Assembly (NCBI GenBank): GCA_030265395.1
Contig: JARFYF010000052.1
Coordinates: 116,704,649-116,768,648 of the forward strand
DNA from: Rhina ancylostomus
Lineage: Eukaryota
DNA length: 64,000 bases
Direction: 5' to 3'
The notes below the pieces were generated by a model. That model was given only the letters and a program-made list of their open reading frames with translations, was not told the DNA's origin and made no database searches. The position numbers and the translations under genes are program-made. Numbering within the stretch: position 1 is the stretch's first letter; each line of letters begins with the position of its first letter. Shown here piece by piece: positions 1 through 11,937 of the stretch.

Positions 1-130
1 GGTAGGTGCATGGATGAGAGAGGTTTGGAGGGCTATGGTCCGGCTGCAGGCAGATGGGACTGGGCAGAAAACCAGGCTGGCATGGACTACATGGGTCAAA
101 GGGCCTGTTTTTGTGCCGTAGTGCTCTATG
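1..130 (+). mobile_element. CR1 LINE 3' tail
   Basis: GGTCAAAGGGCCTGTTTTTGTGCCGTAGTGCTCTATGA ending, homologous to the tails at 14290-14337 and 30150-30215. Confidence 0.8.
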
Positions 131-899
131 AAATATTGATAGTATATAGTAGTATGGGGATGGGAGGCAGTGCACAAGAATAAAGGGTGGTGGGTGAGAG
201 GTGGAACCAGATAGGGAGGGGATGGTGGGGGAAGGGGGTGGGAAAGATGAACAAAGAATAGAAGAAAACTGTGTGTGTGTGCACATATGTAACCACATGG
301 GGAAGGGGTGATGGGCAGATGCAAGGCTGATGCAAATTTCCCACTACCTATACCAAGTGGCTTCTTCTGGGTGTAATTCTGGTGGCTCCTTCAGGTATTA
401 AAATGCCTTTGAGTGAAAAGCTGGTTTATCCTGTGTTTAATGGAGGATGCCATTCTGGTAAAGGAGTTGAAGCTTCTCCATTGAACAGCCACCCAAGGGC
501 TGATTGATACTTAAACTGTTCGATAGTCCACACTGACAATGGGTACAACTTGACCTCTTGCTCCCTTCTGATAGTGACTGGCTGATTGTGAGTGAACAGG
601 TCACTGCTGAGAAATCAGAGCTACTTAACTTGATCAACAAGTCATCTAGAAATTTTAAGGATTACACCTAAAACTTTTGTGGACAGCTTTTGGAGTCTTA
701 AGAAAGGAACTACATGGTCACATGGTGAGGACATTGCTAGTAGTCCTCACAGCAGGAAGAATGACAGGAGAGCGTGCACATGCAGGACAACAGATAACCT
801 ACTTATGCTGTTCTGATATTCCAAGTCCAGACACAACCTTGTAGATTACAGCACCTTAAGCACTGACCTGGGTACTTGTTCACTGCGATGAGGATCTCT

Positions 900-1240
900 G
901 CCACAACCACTCTCTTTGTATAAAAATTTACTCAACTCCCATGTAATCTTGCTACAAATGATCTTAAATTTATGTCTTCTACCTCTCTGCAAGGTGAAAT
1001 GGGTCTTTACTATACAGCTTGTCTAGGCATCTCAAGCTGATACAGCTCCATTAAATCACACATTAGCCTAATTTATTCCAATGACAATAACAACATCTGA
1101 GCCAGTCTCTCCTCATAACTATAATCCTCCCTTCTGGCAGCATCTTCATGAATTTCCTATGTACCATCCCTCATGCAAGTGCTTACTTGCTGTAAAACAA
1201 TGATCAGAACTGTAAAGAGTACTTGAGCAGTGGCCTACTT
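900..1240 (-). mobile_element. Old, degraded CR1 3' fragment
   Basis: Colinear, diverged similarity to the minus-strand CR1 at 4400-4850 (CTCCTCATAACT..., CAGAACTGTA...TACT). Confidence 0.55.
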
Positions 1241-1289
1241 AGCNNNNNNNNNNNNNNTAGCTCACCCTGATATCCTGTATGCCAACTTA

Positions 1290-1450
1290 CCCACATTCCA
1301 TTTCTAACTTCTTTTGACTGGAGGCCAGATGGAGCTGTGTCAGCAGGGTAGGGAAATCAGGAGGGTGTATTGAACTTTGTAGCTGCTCAAGGTACAGTAC
1401 ACGTCTTCTTTTATGGACCTTCTCCAGCAGTACCTCCATGCAGCAAACTC
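1290..1450 (-). pseudogene. Possible relic of a Harbinger-associated Myb/SANT-like DNA-binding ORF
   Basis: Translation MEVLLEKVHKRRRVLY resembles helices 1-2 of NAIF1/MSANTD-type domains (LEVLLEEVxxRxxVL[YF]). A KK motif follows, then a GTAAGT donor at about 1285-1290. Confidence 0.4.
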
Positions 1451-2914
1451 TCACACAGTTGAGCGATTCAGCAACCTGCCTGTGTGTCAGCCAGTGAATT
1501 CCACATCCCTGGTGAAGCAGCTTAGTGGAGCCTACACAAACTGCTGCACAACAGTTGCAATTAATCAGAAGTTCAGTATTAAACTTTAGTTCCAATTTTA
1601 GCAAAAATGAGAGGGAAGAGGAAGAGGAAGGCAAGTTCAAATGATGGTATTACTTGGCATTTGCTGGATGACACAAAGTTGTAGGAAGGCTCAGGAGGAG
1701 CAAAAAATTGCACAGGTTCTCTGAAGCAGCAAACTTTCATGCAAAAAGAAAACAGACTTGCAAAGAGAAATGCCTAAGAGGCAGAGTACCCATTTAACAC
1801 AGGTTTTCACCCCTTCAAAGCAAGCTGAACTGTGCTCAAAATGAATTAAGCTAAAGTGAGAGGGAAGAAGAAGCTAGAGAGTTTAAGTGGAAAGAACTGG
1901 AAAACATGGTGCAAGGATGTTGTCAGGCGAATTCAGATCTCAACATTACTGATTTTAAACAGCTTGCTATCAATCACTGCAGCTGGAGTACCCGAGGGCG
2001 ATTGGCACTGACTGAAACATATCCCAGCAAATTCCTAAATGTCTGGTAGAAGCAGCAACATCAGAAAAAAATAGCGATTTATTTATTTTAAAAGTTAGAA
2101 CCTAACTGAACTGAATTGGACAAAAGTTGACATGGAAAGAAACAAGATTGCCAGTACAACTTCCACATCTATTCCAATTTAAAACTCAAAGCTTTTGGGA
2201 CAGCATAAGCAGCAGCCATTTCCCCACACTTTGTAGCTGGGGTAAAAAAAAACTGTGTTATACATTCACAACACATCATAGCTAGGTTTGGAACGGTCAC
2301 CCAGATGATCGAGAGCCTGCACTCTTCATGGAGTAGTGGTCAAGGTGTATTAATTGCACAGAAGGTGCAGGATATTGTTAGTTAAGAACCTGAACTACTT
2401 AAGACTTCATTAGCATTAACTCAGAAACAATTTTCAGTGAATCCAAAGTACCTACTGGAATTTAATGAATGACCAGTGATGCCACAAACCAAGGTAACAG
2501 ATACAGGAATTAGTTTGCCAGTTTAGTGTGTGTTGTGATCACTCATTACTTTGGAGAAGTTTGCTGATTCATAATTTTCCCTGCAACCAATTGCAAATGT
2601 GACAATAAATCAACAATTTATAAGCAGTTGCTTGTTGCTCAAAGGATGATTGATGTTTTCAATTAGTCAATATCCAGAGTGGTAAAATAGCAGTTTGTGA
2701 CTAGATCTTGAATTCAGAGTAAGGACACAATCTTACAATAGAATCTTACAATACAATAGAAAAACAAGCAAAAGATAACTCTAACCTATCCAATGGATCC
2801 AAATCAGGCAATCGTTTATCTGGAGACAGCTATATATTTTCAGTCAATAACTCATCTCCTGAATCATTACATTTGATCTGTAAAAGCAGACATTTGTCAA
2901 TTTCAAAGGGAGCT

Positions 2915-3312
2915 AGCTCAGTTAGTTGCACTTTCAGAAGTCTGTGAAAGAAGTCTCTCTACTTTGAGCATGAAATCCTTGCTGAAATTTAAACATAGTA
3001 CCTTGGTGGCATTCTGGTCCTGAATCAGCCCCACTGGGGGAAATATTAATCTGAGGCTTCTGATGCTTCTTGAAGTGCCTTGATCCCATGGCAGTGTTCA
3101 AAGAGAAGGCTGTTCTACAAATGTCCTCAGTTGACTGAACTAAAAACAGATCTGCTAGTAAACAAATCTTATTTAATGTTTGTGTGACCCTGCTATAAAT
3201 AAATTGGCTGCCATGTGGGATGCATAATAACAAGTATACTCAATTCAGAAGAATCCAAGGTTTCTGTAATACCTTGAGACATCTTGAGTGCCTAAAATGT
3301 GTATAAATAGCC
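2915..3312 (+). mobile_element. Deu-domain SINE (SacSINE1/AmnSINE1-like), degraded
   Basis: GATCCCATGGCAGTGTTCAAAGAGAAGG ... GTTTGTGTGACCCTGCTATAAATAAATTGGCTGCC matches recalled Deu-domain motifs; related copies at 9100, 16350 and 51430. Confidence 0.55.
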
Positions 3313-4204
3313 AGTATACAAATAACCCAAAGCACATTAGAAAAACAAAGGCTTAATTTTAGCTGCTGATACTGTTACTTTGCCTTTGGCTGTAAGGTTA
3401 CACAATGTGTGCCATGACCTCATTCCAAAAACTATATGCAGTAATGTATCTTGTTCCATATCAGATCACCAGATTCTCTTTCTACAAACATTCAGTTAAA
3501 ATTACTTCACTCTAATCTACTTACACTGCAAAGGGCCCACACAACACAGCTGTCCAATAACAGTCGATACACAGCAACAAACTTGCAGAACACTACTGTC
3601 TCACTCAGGGCATGGAATCTGCTCCAGGAATGAGTCCACTTAGTGCTAAAAGGAGTTATTATACATAGGAAATACATTATGGACAGTACTGATATGTTAG
3701 GAACCCACAGTGATCTTCTGCCTTCACAGCTGCTGTGCAAAGAACAACAATGACTAATTCTAAAGTTTTGTGTGAAGAGGCTTACTAGGAGAACTGGTGC
3801 TGGATAGGGGAGTGGTGCAGTTACTCAACACTTAGATGTAGGGCTCAGGCTGCACCCTGACTGGCCAGTGCAGGCCCCTCCTGGATGGAGTAGGCCCCTT
3901 CAGCAGCTGCTCCATGTTGACTTCCCTGACCCTGTGGTCTTCCTCATCACCAGCTGCCTTCTACCAATCTCATTGCTTGACTACACAGCTCTTCACGCCC
4001 AGAGATTCCTCTATGGCAAGTGACATTTGGGGTAGGTGGGGGTGGGAGGGTAGATTGCCAACAGTGAACAATAATTCTCACCAGGTTCCCAACACATCAG
4101 CTTGCAGCCGGAGCAGATATCTTCTTTAAAAAGTATGGCGTACATGCAGGTGAGACCTTGGGTCGCAGTTCAAGACAAGGTTGGCACTGTAGTCACCGCC
4201 ATAA

Positions 4205-6175
4205 GCATCTAGAATCAGAATTGTACAGCACAGAAATGGGCTCTTTTGACCCACCTTGTCCATAATGCCTATCAACACTAATCCCATTTGCCAGCATAAG
4301 GCCCATATCCCCATGCCTTCCTATCCAAGTACCCGTCCAAATGTCTTGTAAATATTGTAATTATATCCATCTGCACCACCACCTCTGACCGCTCATTCCA
4401 TAAAACCACCACCCTCTGTGTAGAAAAAGACTCGCTCCTCAGATCTCCTTTAAATTTCTCACCTATAACANNNNNNNNNNNNNNNNNNNNNNNNNNNNNN
4501 NNNNNNNNNNNNNNNNNNNNNNNNNNNNNNNNNNNNNNNNNNNNNNNNNNNNNNNNNNNNNNNNNNNNNNCATTTAAATTTCTCACCTATAACATTAAAC
4601 CTGTGTCCTCTATTTCTCTAAGGCCCTGCCCTGGGAAAACGACTCTGACCCTCTATACCTCTCAATTTTATAAACCTTTAAAAGGTCACCCCTCCACCAC
4701 CTATGTTCCAGTGAAAATAAACCTAGCCTATCCAATCTCTCTTCACAACTACAGCCCTTCATTCCAGGCACCATCCTGGACTCGACTGCTACCACATCCT
4801 CCTGTTGCATGGTGACCAGAACTGTACTCAATACTCCAAGTGCAATCTAACCAATGTTTTGTACAGCTGCAACACCCCAACTCTTATAATCAATGCCTCT
4901 GCCTATGAAGGCAAATGCCTTCTTCATCACCGTATCCACCTGTGTTGCTACTTTCAGCGAGCAATGGATTTACACCCGAAGGTCCCTCTGTACATCAATG
5001 CTAAGTTCCCTGCCATTTACTCTATGTGCCCTACCAGCATTTGACTTCTCAAAGTCCAGTACCTCACACTTGGTAATTAGTTCATTATTGTCACATTTAC
5101 TGAGATTCAGTGAAAAACTTTCGCATACCATCCATAAAGATCATTCCAAAACATAAGTACATTGAAGTAGTACAAAGGGAAAGGCAGTAACAGAATGCAG
5201 AATAGTGTTAGTTACCATAGATTTAAAAAAAAACGATTATAATCAGTGTAATGCAGATCTCTGCTGAGACCAGTTTCCAAAGAGTTGCCACGCTCTGGCG
5301 CCATCTCTGGACTAAAGTCCACCTNNNNNNNNNNNNNNNNNNNNNNNNNNNNNNNNNNNNNNNNNNNNNNNNNNNNNNNNNNNNNNNNNNNNNNNNNNNN
5401 NNNNNNNNNNNNNNNNNNNNNNNNCATCTCTGGACTAAAGTCCACCTTTCTGCCCAACTTTCCAGTTGATCTATATCCCGCTGTATCCTCGGACAACATT
5501 ATTCACCACCTACAACACCACCAATTTTCATCCTGTCTGCAAACTTAGTGATCAGACTACATACCTTCTCATTCAAGTTATTTATATATATTACAAACAA
5601 CAATGGTCCCAGCACTAATCCATGATACACCATGTGTTACAGATTTTCAGTCAGAAATAACCTAGCCACCACTACCCTCTGCCACCTATCACCAAGTCAA
5701 TTTTGGATTGAGCTTGCCAACACACCTCTCATTCTTTGTGCTTTAACCTTCTGGACCAGCCACTATGCTGGACCTAGTCAAAAGCCTTACTGATGCACAT
5801 TTAAACCACATCCACCGAGCCAACTTCATCAATTTTCTTAGTTAACTTCCCAAAATCCTCAGTCAGATCCGAGAGACACACAATCTCCCCTGCACAAAGC
5901 CATGCTGACTCCTCCCAATCTATCCCTGCCTTTCCAAATGAACACAATTTCTGTCCCTCAGAATCTTCTCCAATAATGTCCCTTCCACCGATGCAAGGCT
6001 CACAGGCCTGTTGTTTCTAGGCTTATCTCTACTGCCCTTTTTGAATAAGGGGACAACATTAGCTATCCTCCAGTCTCTGGTACTTCACCCGTGGCCAATG
6101 AAAGCTAAAAAATCTCTGCCAGAGCCCCAGCAATCTCTGCCCTTGCTTCCCTGAGCATCCTGGAATAGGTCCTGT
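4205..6175 (-). mobile_element. CR1 LINE, 5'-truncated ORF2 RT C-terminus plus 3' tail, interrupted at about 5073-5306
   Basis: Minus-strand translations EERLDRLGLFSLEHRWWRGDLLKVYKI and FSTQRVVVLWN; colinear with the CR1 at 12700-14337. Confidence 0.9.
5073..5306 (-). mobile_element. Short insertion inside the CR1, probably an internally deleted Rex1/Babar-type element
   Basis: Non-CR1 sequence splits the CR1 colinearity. The minus strand starts AGATGGCGCCAGAGCGTGGCAACTC and ends TGTGACAATAATGAACTAATTAC, resembling the Rex1-type 3' ends (GTGATAATAAATCTG) at 30620 and 40580. Confidence 0.55.
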
Positions 6176-6194
6176 CAATCGACTCCCTTTTCCA

Positions 6195-6495
6195 ATTGTT
6201 CATCCTCACAGCATTTGTTCCCCAATGCTTCTTTGACCGCATTGAAGGACGAGGACAGCAAGTGCATAGGAACATCACCATTGCAATTCCTCCTCCAAGT
6301 TGCAGTATCCTGGTGTGACAATATATTGGTGTTTCTTCATCATCGCTGTGTCAAAAATCCAAAACTCCCAATGCAACAATATTGCAAGAGAACCTTCACG
6401 AAATAAATAGTAATAGTTTATTAAAGGCAGTTCACCATCTTCTGAAAGTCAATTAGTGATAGGCAATATATACTGCTTTGGCCTCACATTCCTTA
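6195..6495 (+). mobile_element. 3' end of a CR1/L2-group LINE (family unresolved)
   Basis: Homologous to 31330-31690, 40650-41060 and 55330-55590 (GGAACATCACCA..TGCAA..TCC..CCAAGT ... AAATCC..AACTCCC ... AAGGCAG.TCACCA). Confidence 0.7.
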
Positions 6496-8069
6496 AAAAA
6501 ATGCACAACATTCTCAATCCAAATGAACTGAAAATATATCAATGACCTGCAAAGAAATAAAACAGGAAGAAAAAGGACACCTCACCCTCCTAGTTTCATC
6601 TCATTTGGACCTCCATTTAACCCACATCTATTCTCTGTTATACAAATCCAGACAAGACAATAACAATGATAATACAATAACAAAATGCAGCAGAGAGAAC
6701 AGAAATGCAAATTTGTAGCTTATAGAAATTCTGCTGAAATTTAATATCATTGCAGGATTTAACAGCTCACCTCAGAATAACATTTAAACAATCAGACAGG
6801 ATAAGCAGGCTTGACAGTAAAGTTAATAGAGCTGGGAGGGCTAGCACTGGTGTTCTACACTATAGATCATATCTTTAAAATTTCTAAAAACGCAAATGTT
6901 TCATAAGTTTTAGCCAATTTCAGAACTTAAGCATCATATGAAATTCTCAGGCAGGCATGAATGGCTGGTTCTCTTGATTCAAGCGTGCATACTTCTGAGA
7001 ATAGCTGACGACAAGCATCAGGGTCACAGGAACAAAGATATTTGCAAGGTGCTAAAATGGAAAGACTACATTGAGGAACCAAACCACAAAATTTGTCATC
7101 TTAAAAAGGAGGAAAATTAATGATACAAAATTGGAAAGGGTCAAGACACACAATTATCACAAATAAATATACACTTGTGCAGTTTACCCATCAAATACAA
7201 ATGAAACATCTTGTGTACCAAGCAAAGAGGCTTTTTTTCACAAGAGCATAGCTAATGGAGAAAAACAGTTCTCCATGCTGGGTATACTCTTTACTACACA
7301 CAACTCTATGCATAAGAATATTATTCATGAATAGGATTGTGTGTAGTAAAGGGTGAAGTGCCTAGGATTGCTGCCAGTTTCAAAGTAAATGTGAGGAATT
7401 AGACTTGCGTATTTAATCTCTGTAGGTTCAAAACTATACAAAGCAGGAACAGGAGACACGAGTGTACTCATCTCAGCCAGAATTCCTGCTTCCAATCATT
7501 AGATAATGATTGCTGCNNNNNNNNNNNNNNNNNNNNNNNNNNNNNNNNNNNNNNNNNNNNNNNNNNNNNNNNNNNNNNNNNNNTTCATACTGGTCTGTCA
7601 GAATATTAATGATAATATGCATAATAGACAAATATTTCCTGGATGAATCTAAAATTTCTGCATGAAAGTGCCCATGTGTGGGAGCACAATCAAGCATTTT
7701 AATAGCTCAGTGGTTTATTGCTAAACAAAGTGGTTTTGGAGCACTTGGCTAAGGGAGTGTCACTTTGATATATATTGTTGCAGATCTTAACATTTCAAAG
7801 CTAGGAACTTGATCAATTAGGATTCGTGATCCACATAAGCATATCAGACATATCCTGCTGTCAAGATGTGCACTTAATGGCATTATTCATACAACACCCC
7901 ATTTCTGGCCCTCAAAGCTATAACCAACCATTGTGGAGCAGGAATTGTACAATGAGGAGCACATTATGCTAGTTTGTTGCTTTTTTACTCCTTGAACAGA
8001 TGCCTTTGACATCAGAAAAACTGACTAAGCATCTTGAAAGTAGACTGCAGGCTGCTCAAACACTTCCTG

Positions 8070-8178
8070 AAATCTGAAATAACAAACCAAATGCTGGAGG
8101 AACTCAGCGGATCAGGCAGCATCTGCAGAGGGAAATGGACAGTCGACATTTTGGGTCAAGACCCTTCACCTGGATTGG
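8070..8178 (-). mobile_element. Penelope-like element terminal repeat with degenerate hammerhead motif
   Basis: Plus strand ATGCTGGAGGAACTCAGCGGATCAGGCAGCATCTG...; near-identical to 49490-49576. Minus strand 8177-8140 reads CAATC CAGGTGA A GGGTC TT GACCC AAAA TGTC GACTG. Confidence 0.75.
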
Positions 8179-8349
8179 GAAACCATTCTATGGCTGCCTC
8201 AGAAATGACACCACTGGCAGCACTCAATAATTGGAGGCATCATTATGGTTATGACTGACCACTAGAAGCAAGTTGGGGCTTGGGGAAGGAGGCAATGCCA
8301 ATCTAGGAAGATCCCATTCTCTGGTTCTTCAGAGATGCCACAATGCCCC

Positions 8350-8520
8350 GGCCTCACTCATGAGCAATGCATTTACAGGATCAGGTTTTCTAAAGCTGTT
8401 ATCACTGGGATATATGAAATGCTGCAGGAGGGCCTTTGAGCCTGGACTGCTCTCTCCATGGAGATCAAGTTTATGCTGAGTTTCAACTTCCTTGCCACAG
8501 GATCTTACATAAAAACATTG
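8350..8520 (+). pseudogene. Harbinger (PIF/HARBI1-like) transposase N-terminal relic
   Basis: One frame reads GLTHEQCIYRIRFSKAVITGIYEMLQEGL*AWTALSMEIKFMLSFNFLATGSYIKTL, matching the recalled Harbinger pattern LSEEQCxxRLRFSKxVVTEIxxLLQxDL...TALxVxVKVxxALNFxATGSFQ; in-frame stop at 8437-8439. Confidence 0.72.
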
Positions 8521-9094
8521 AGCTGTCTCCTCCTGATAATTCATGAAAAACAATTGCTATATGTGTTCCTCTCAGATTACCTCTTAAGATTTCCTTATAC
8601 TTATTTCCCACTCCTTAACTCCAAGTAGGAAAACCTGACTTCAGCTAGTTTTGACCAATCAAGCTGTTTCAGATGTACCTGTCCCTCCAGCATTAGTGGA
8701 CAATCACCACAGCACAGTCCTTCAGTGACATCTTCACAACAAGGATGCCCATCTATCATGTTCTGTGGCATGAATACTGTGTTAAATAACATAGATCCAA
8801 AACAGATCTAGCACCTCATTCATGATACACAATGGAAGAATTGTGCTTCAACATAACCTATAATTTCATCATGCAGCTTTTCTCACATTCATTACATCAA
8901 GTCAAGGAACAAACTGGAAGCATGCCTGGAGCAACCTAAACAAAAATGAGGTGGTAAGTCTGTAGCCAAAACATTTACCCAACAGAACAGCTGGCAGTGG
9001 TTCAAGGAACCAAGGGAATTTGGCTCTACATAGCTCCTTTCACAACAAATGATCCTAGTCCCAATTTACTTTTAAACATGTAATCATCATTTCA

Positions 9095-9435
9095 ATATAG
9101 AAATTGCAGCAGTCAAAGTTCACACAGCAGATTCCCAGAATCAACATGTAGATAATTACCAGAAAATCTCTTTTTGCTGTGACAATTAAGCAGCACTATT
9201 GTAAAAGTTCCCACCTTTTCCAAAATAATTCCACAGGATCTTTAACCTCAAATTGGAAGCTCAGATGGGACCTTGGTTTAAAATCATCATCTGACAAACA
9301 ATACCTATAATTGCAGAGCACCTCCTTGGACAGCACTACAATGCCAGCCGAGACTGAGCTCAGATCTTGAGTAGGACTGGAAACAGTGAACACCCATCTC
9401 AAGAGATGAAGTGCAAGTAGCTAGCCAAAGTTAAC
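9095..9435 (-). mobile_element. Deu-domain SINE (SacSINE1-like)
   Basis: Reverse-complement similarity to 51430-51700 (GGGACCTTGGTTTAAAATCATCATCTGACA, GCAGCAGTCAAAGTTCACACAGCAGATTCCCA). Confidence 0.6.
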
Positions 9436-9679
9436 AGGCTAATGTATGCATTTATGCATCAGTTATAATTTTATTTCAAAATGGCATCTCAAGATGTATA
9501 CCTTGCCATGAATAAGTACCTGAATGGTACCATTAGGAGGTAGTAGAGGTAAATTTTCAAGTCCAAATCAAATATTTTTCACTGTGGTCTGCCAAAGTTC
9601 TGTCAAAAATTAATGATTCTGGCTCAAATTCACATGGGAAACATTGTCAAACTGCAACACAACAATCATCCTTAATTTA

Positions 9680-10230
9680 CAAAGATCTCATATAGTTCAA
9701 TCAAATTGCCTCTCACTTTTCTAAACTCTACAGATACAAACCTAACCAATACAATGTTTCCTCGTAGGATAACCCATCATTCCAGGTATTGGCCCAATAA
9801 ACCCTTCACGAGTTGTTTCCAATGCATTAATATCCTTACTTTAAAAAATGACCAACCTTGTACAAAATACTCCAAATGTGGTCTCACGAACACCCTTCTT
9901 ATTGAGCATAACCTTCTTATTGAATTCTCCTCACAATAAATTGCTAGCTCTTCTAATTACTTGCTGTATGTACACTTGCTCTATTGTAATCATGCACTAC
10001 AGCATCTAGATTGCTCTGCAGTCTCCCAGCATTTAAATACTATCTTCATTTTTGCTGCTAAATTCAACAACTTCAGTTCTTGATATTGTTCTCTATTTGC
10101 TACATCTTTACCCATTCACATAATCCATATCCCCTTGTAGCCTTCTCTTCACAACTTGCTTTTTTACTTATCCTTGCATCATCAGCTAATTTAGCAACCA
10201 AACAGTTGGTGCCTTTATCCAAGTAATTTC
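9680..10230 (-). mobile_element. Old CR1 ORF2 fragment
   Basis: GACCAACCTTGTACAAAATACTCCAAATGTGGTCT and GCATCATCAGCTAATTTAG (KLADD on the minus strand). Confidence 0.75.
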
Positions 10231-10879
10231 TACAACTCATTAACAAATCCCTGCAACTAGAAATCTTGGGCTAACTGTACTGGAGTAGAGCAATATGGAG
10301 GACGATCCCAGTAGGACATTCACTCAGATTCGGAATGATCACCTTAGATTAGGAGGAATTTCTCTATCAGTTGTGCAAGNNNNNNNNNNNNNNNNNNNNN
10401 NNNNNNNNNNNNNNNNNNNNNNNNNNNNNNNNNNNNNNNNNNNNNNNNNNNNNNNNNNNNNNNNNNNNNNNNNNNNNNNTACCAGATCATTGCTCAGCAG
10501 TACAGAACTGCATGTGGCACACTACACAAAATGGATTCATTTTCCTGCCTCTGTTCACCAACTCAAAACTGCACACGACTACAATGATGTTGAACTTTGA
10601 CCCCCACTGTACTAAACATTCTGCCAATGGGGAATAAATAAATAGAACTTTAACCCCTTCTGCACATTTCCAGATACCAGCTTTGATGTCTTGCTGCTCA
10701 ATGTTATTTTAATACCAAGGAGTAAATGTGGTGTAATATGAAGAGTTCTATTTGTGTCATGCTCTGTCACTGGCCTCATCTTCTCCTCATCTGGAATTCA
10801 CTCAGCATAGATCATTTGTGCTAACTTTTTAAAATGAGCTCTTTCTTGGTGCAAAAACCAAGACTTAGGGTAGCTATGA

Positions 10880-11565
10880 AAAAGGAGGCTACAGTAAAAA
10901 AAAGTTAATTGGAAGGCCAATTCCAAATGGGATAAGAGTGGATCTAACCCAGGTAAACTGGAGCCAAAAGTTGACACACATAAAGGCAGTCAATTGTTCT
11001 GGTACAATTAAGGAAGAGAGGGTATAGCTGAGGCAAAACAAAAAAAATCTAGAGCTGCCTGGATAATGAAAAACATAATAAGATAAAGCCAAAAAGGACG
11101 TGTATGACAAATGCTGGGTTGTAATTACCAGTGAGGATATCTCCAATTCTTTTTAAAATCTGCCAGGAAGTGAAATTAAGATAAGAGGCACAGAAAGTTT
11201 CTGAGAAAAGATTAGCTGCCAACATAAAAAGGGCATGAAAGTTCCATAGGTGTGAAAAGGGTAGTACACGAAGGAGTAGGCTATTAAGGACTAAAACAGG
11301 AGCTTGCACAGAGATTCTGAGGGTACCACTAAGGTACTAAAAAAGTACTTTGATCTGTTGTCACCAGAGAAGAGGTGGTTCTAAAGTAACAATGAAGGAC
11401 ACTTGATTAAGTGATAAATTGATAGCACTGAGGTACTTGAAAAGTTGGCTGAACTTAAAGTAGATAAGACACCAGAACAGAATGGTATGCATCCTAATAT
11501 TTTGAGGGAAGCACAGGAGGAAACTGCGAGGGCATTGACCATAACCTTTCAATACTCATTCAGTG
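10880..11565 (+). mobile_element. Older CR1 ORF2, left half of an interrupted copy
   Basis: LAELKVDKTPEQNGMHPNILREAQEETARALTITFQYS is the pre-RT CR1 motif (LKVDKSPGPDGMHPRLLRE...EALTIIFQSS). Confidence 0.8.
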
Positions 11566-11937
11566 GGCGGTGGGGGGGGGGGGGGGGGGGAAANNNNNNN
11601 NNNNNNNNNNNNNNNNNNNNNNNNNNNNNNNNNNNNNNNNNNNNNNNNNNNNNNNNNNNNNNNNNNNNNNNNNNNNNNNNNNNNNNNNNNNNNNNNNNNN
11701 NNNNNNNNNNNNNNNNNNNNNNNNNNNNNNNNNNNNNNNNNNNNNNNNNNNNNNNNNNNNNNNNNNNNNNNNNNNNNNNNNNNNNNNNNNNNNNNNNNNN
11801 NNNNNNNNNNNNNNNNNNNNNNNNNNNNNNNNNNNNNNNNNNNNNNNNNNNNNNNNNNNNNNNNNNNNNNNNNNNNNNNNNNNNNNNNNNNNNNNNNNNN
11901 NNNNNNNNNNNNNNNNNNNNNNNNNNNNNNNNNNNNN

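Noticed and set aside
11572-11590. 19-nt poly-G run as a G-quadruplex element
   Set aside because: It abuts a gap, is unverified and may be a sequencing or assembly artefact.
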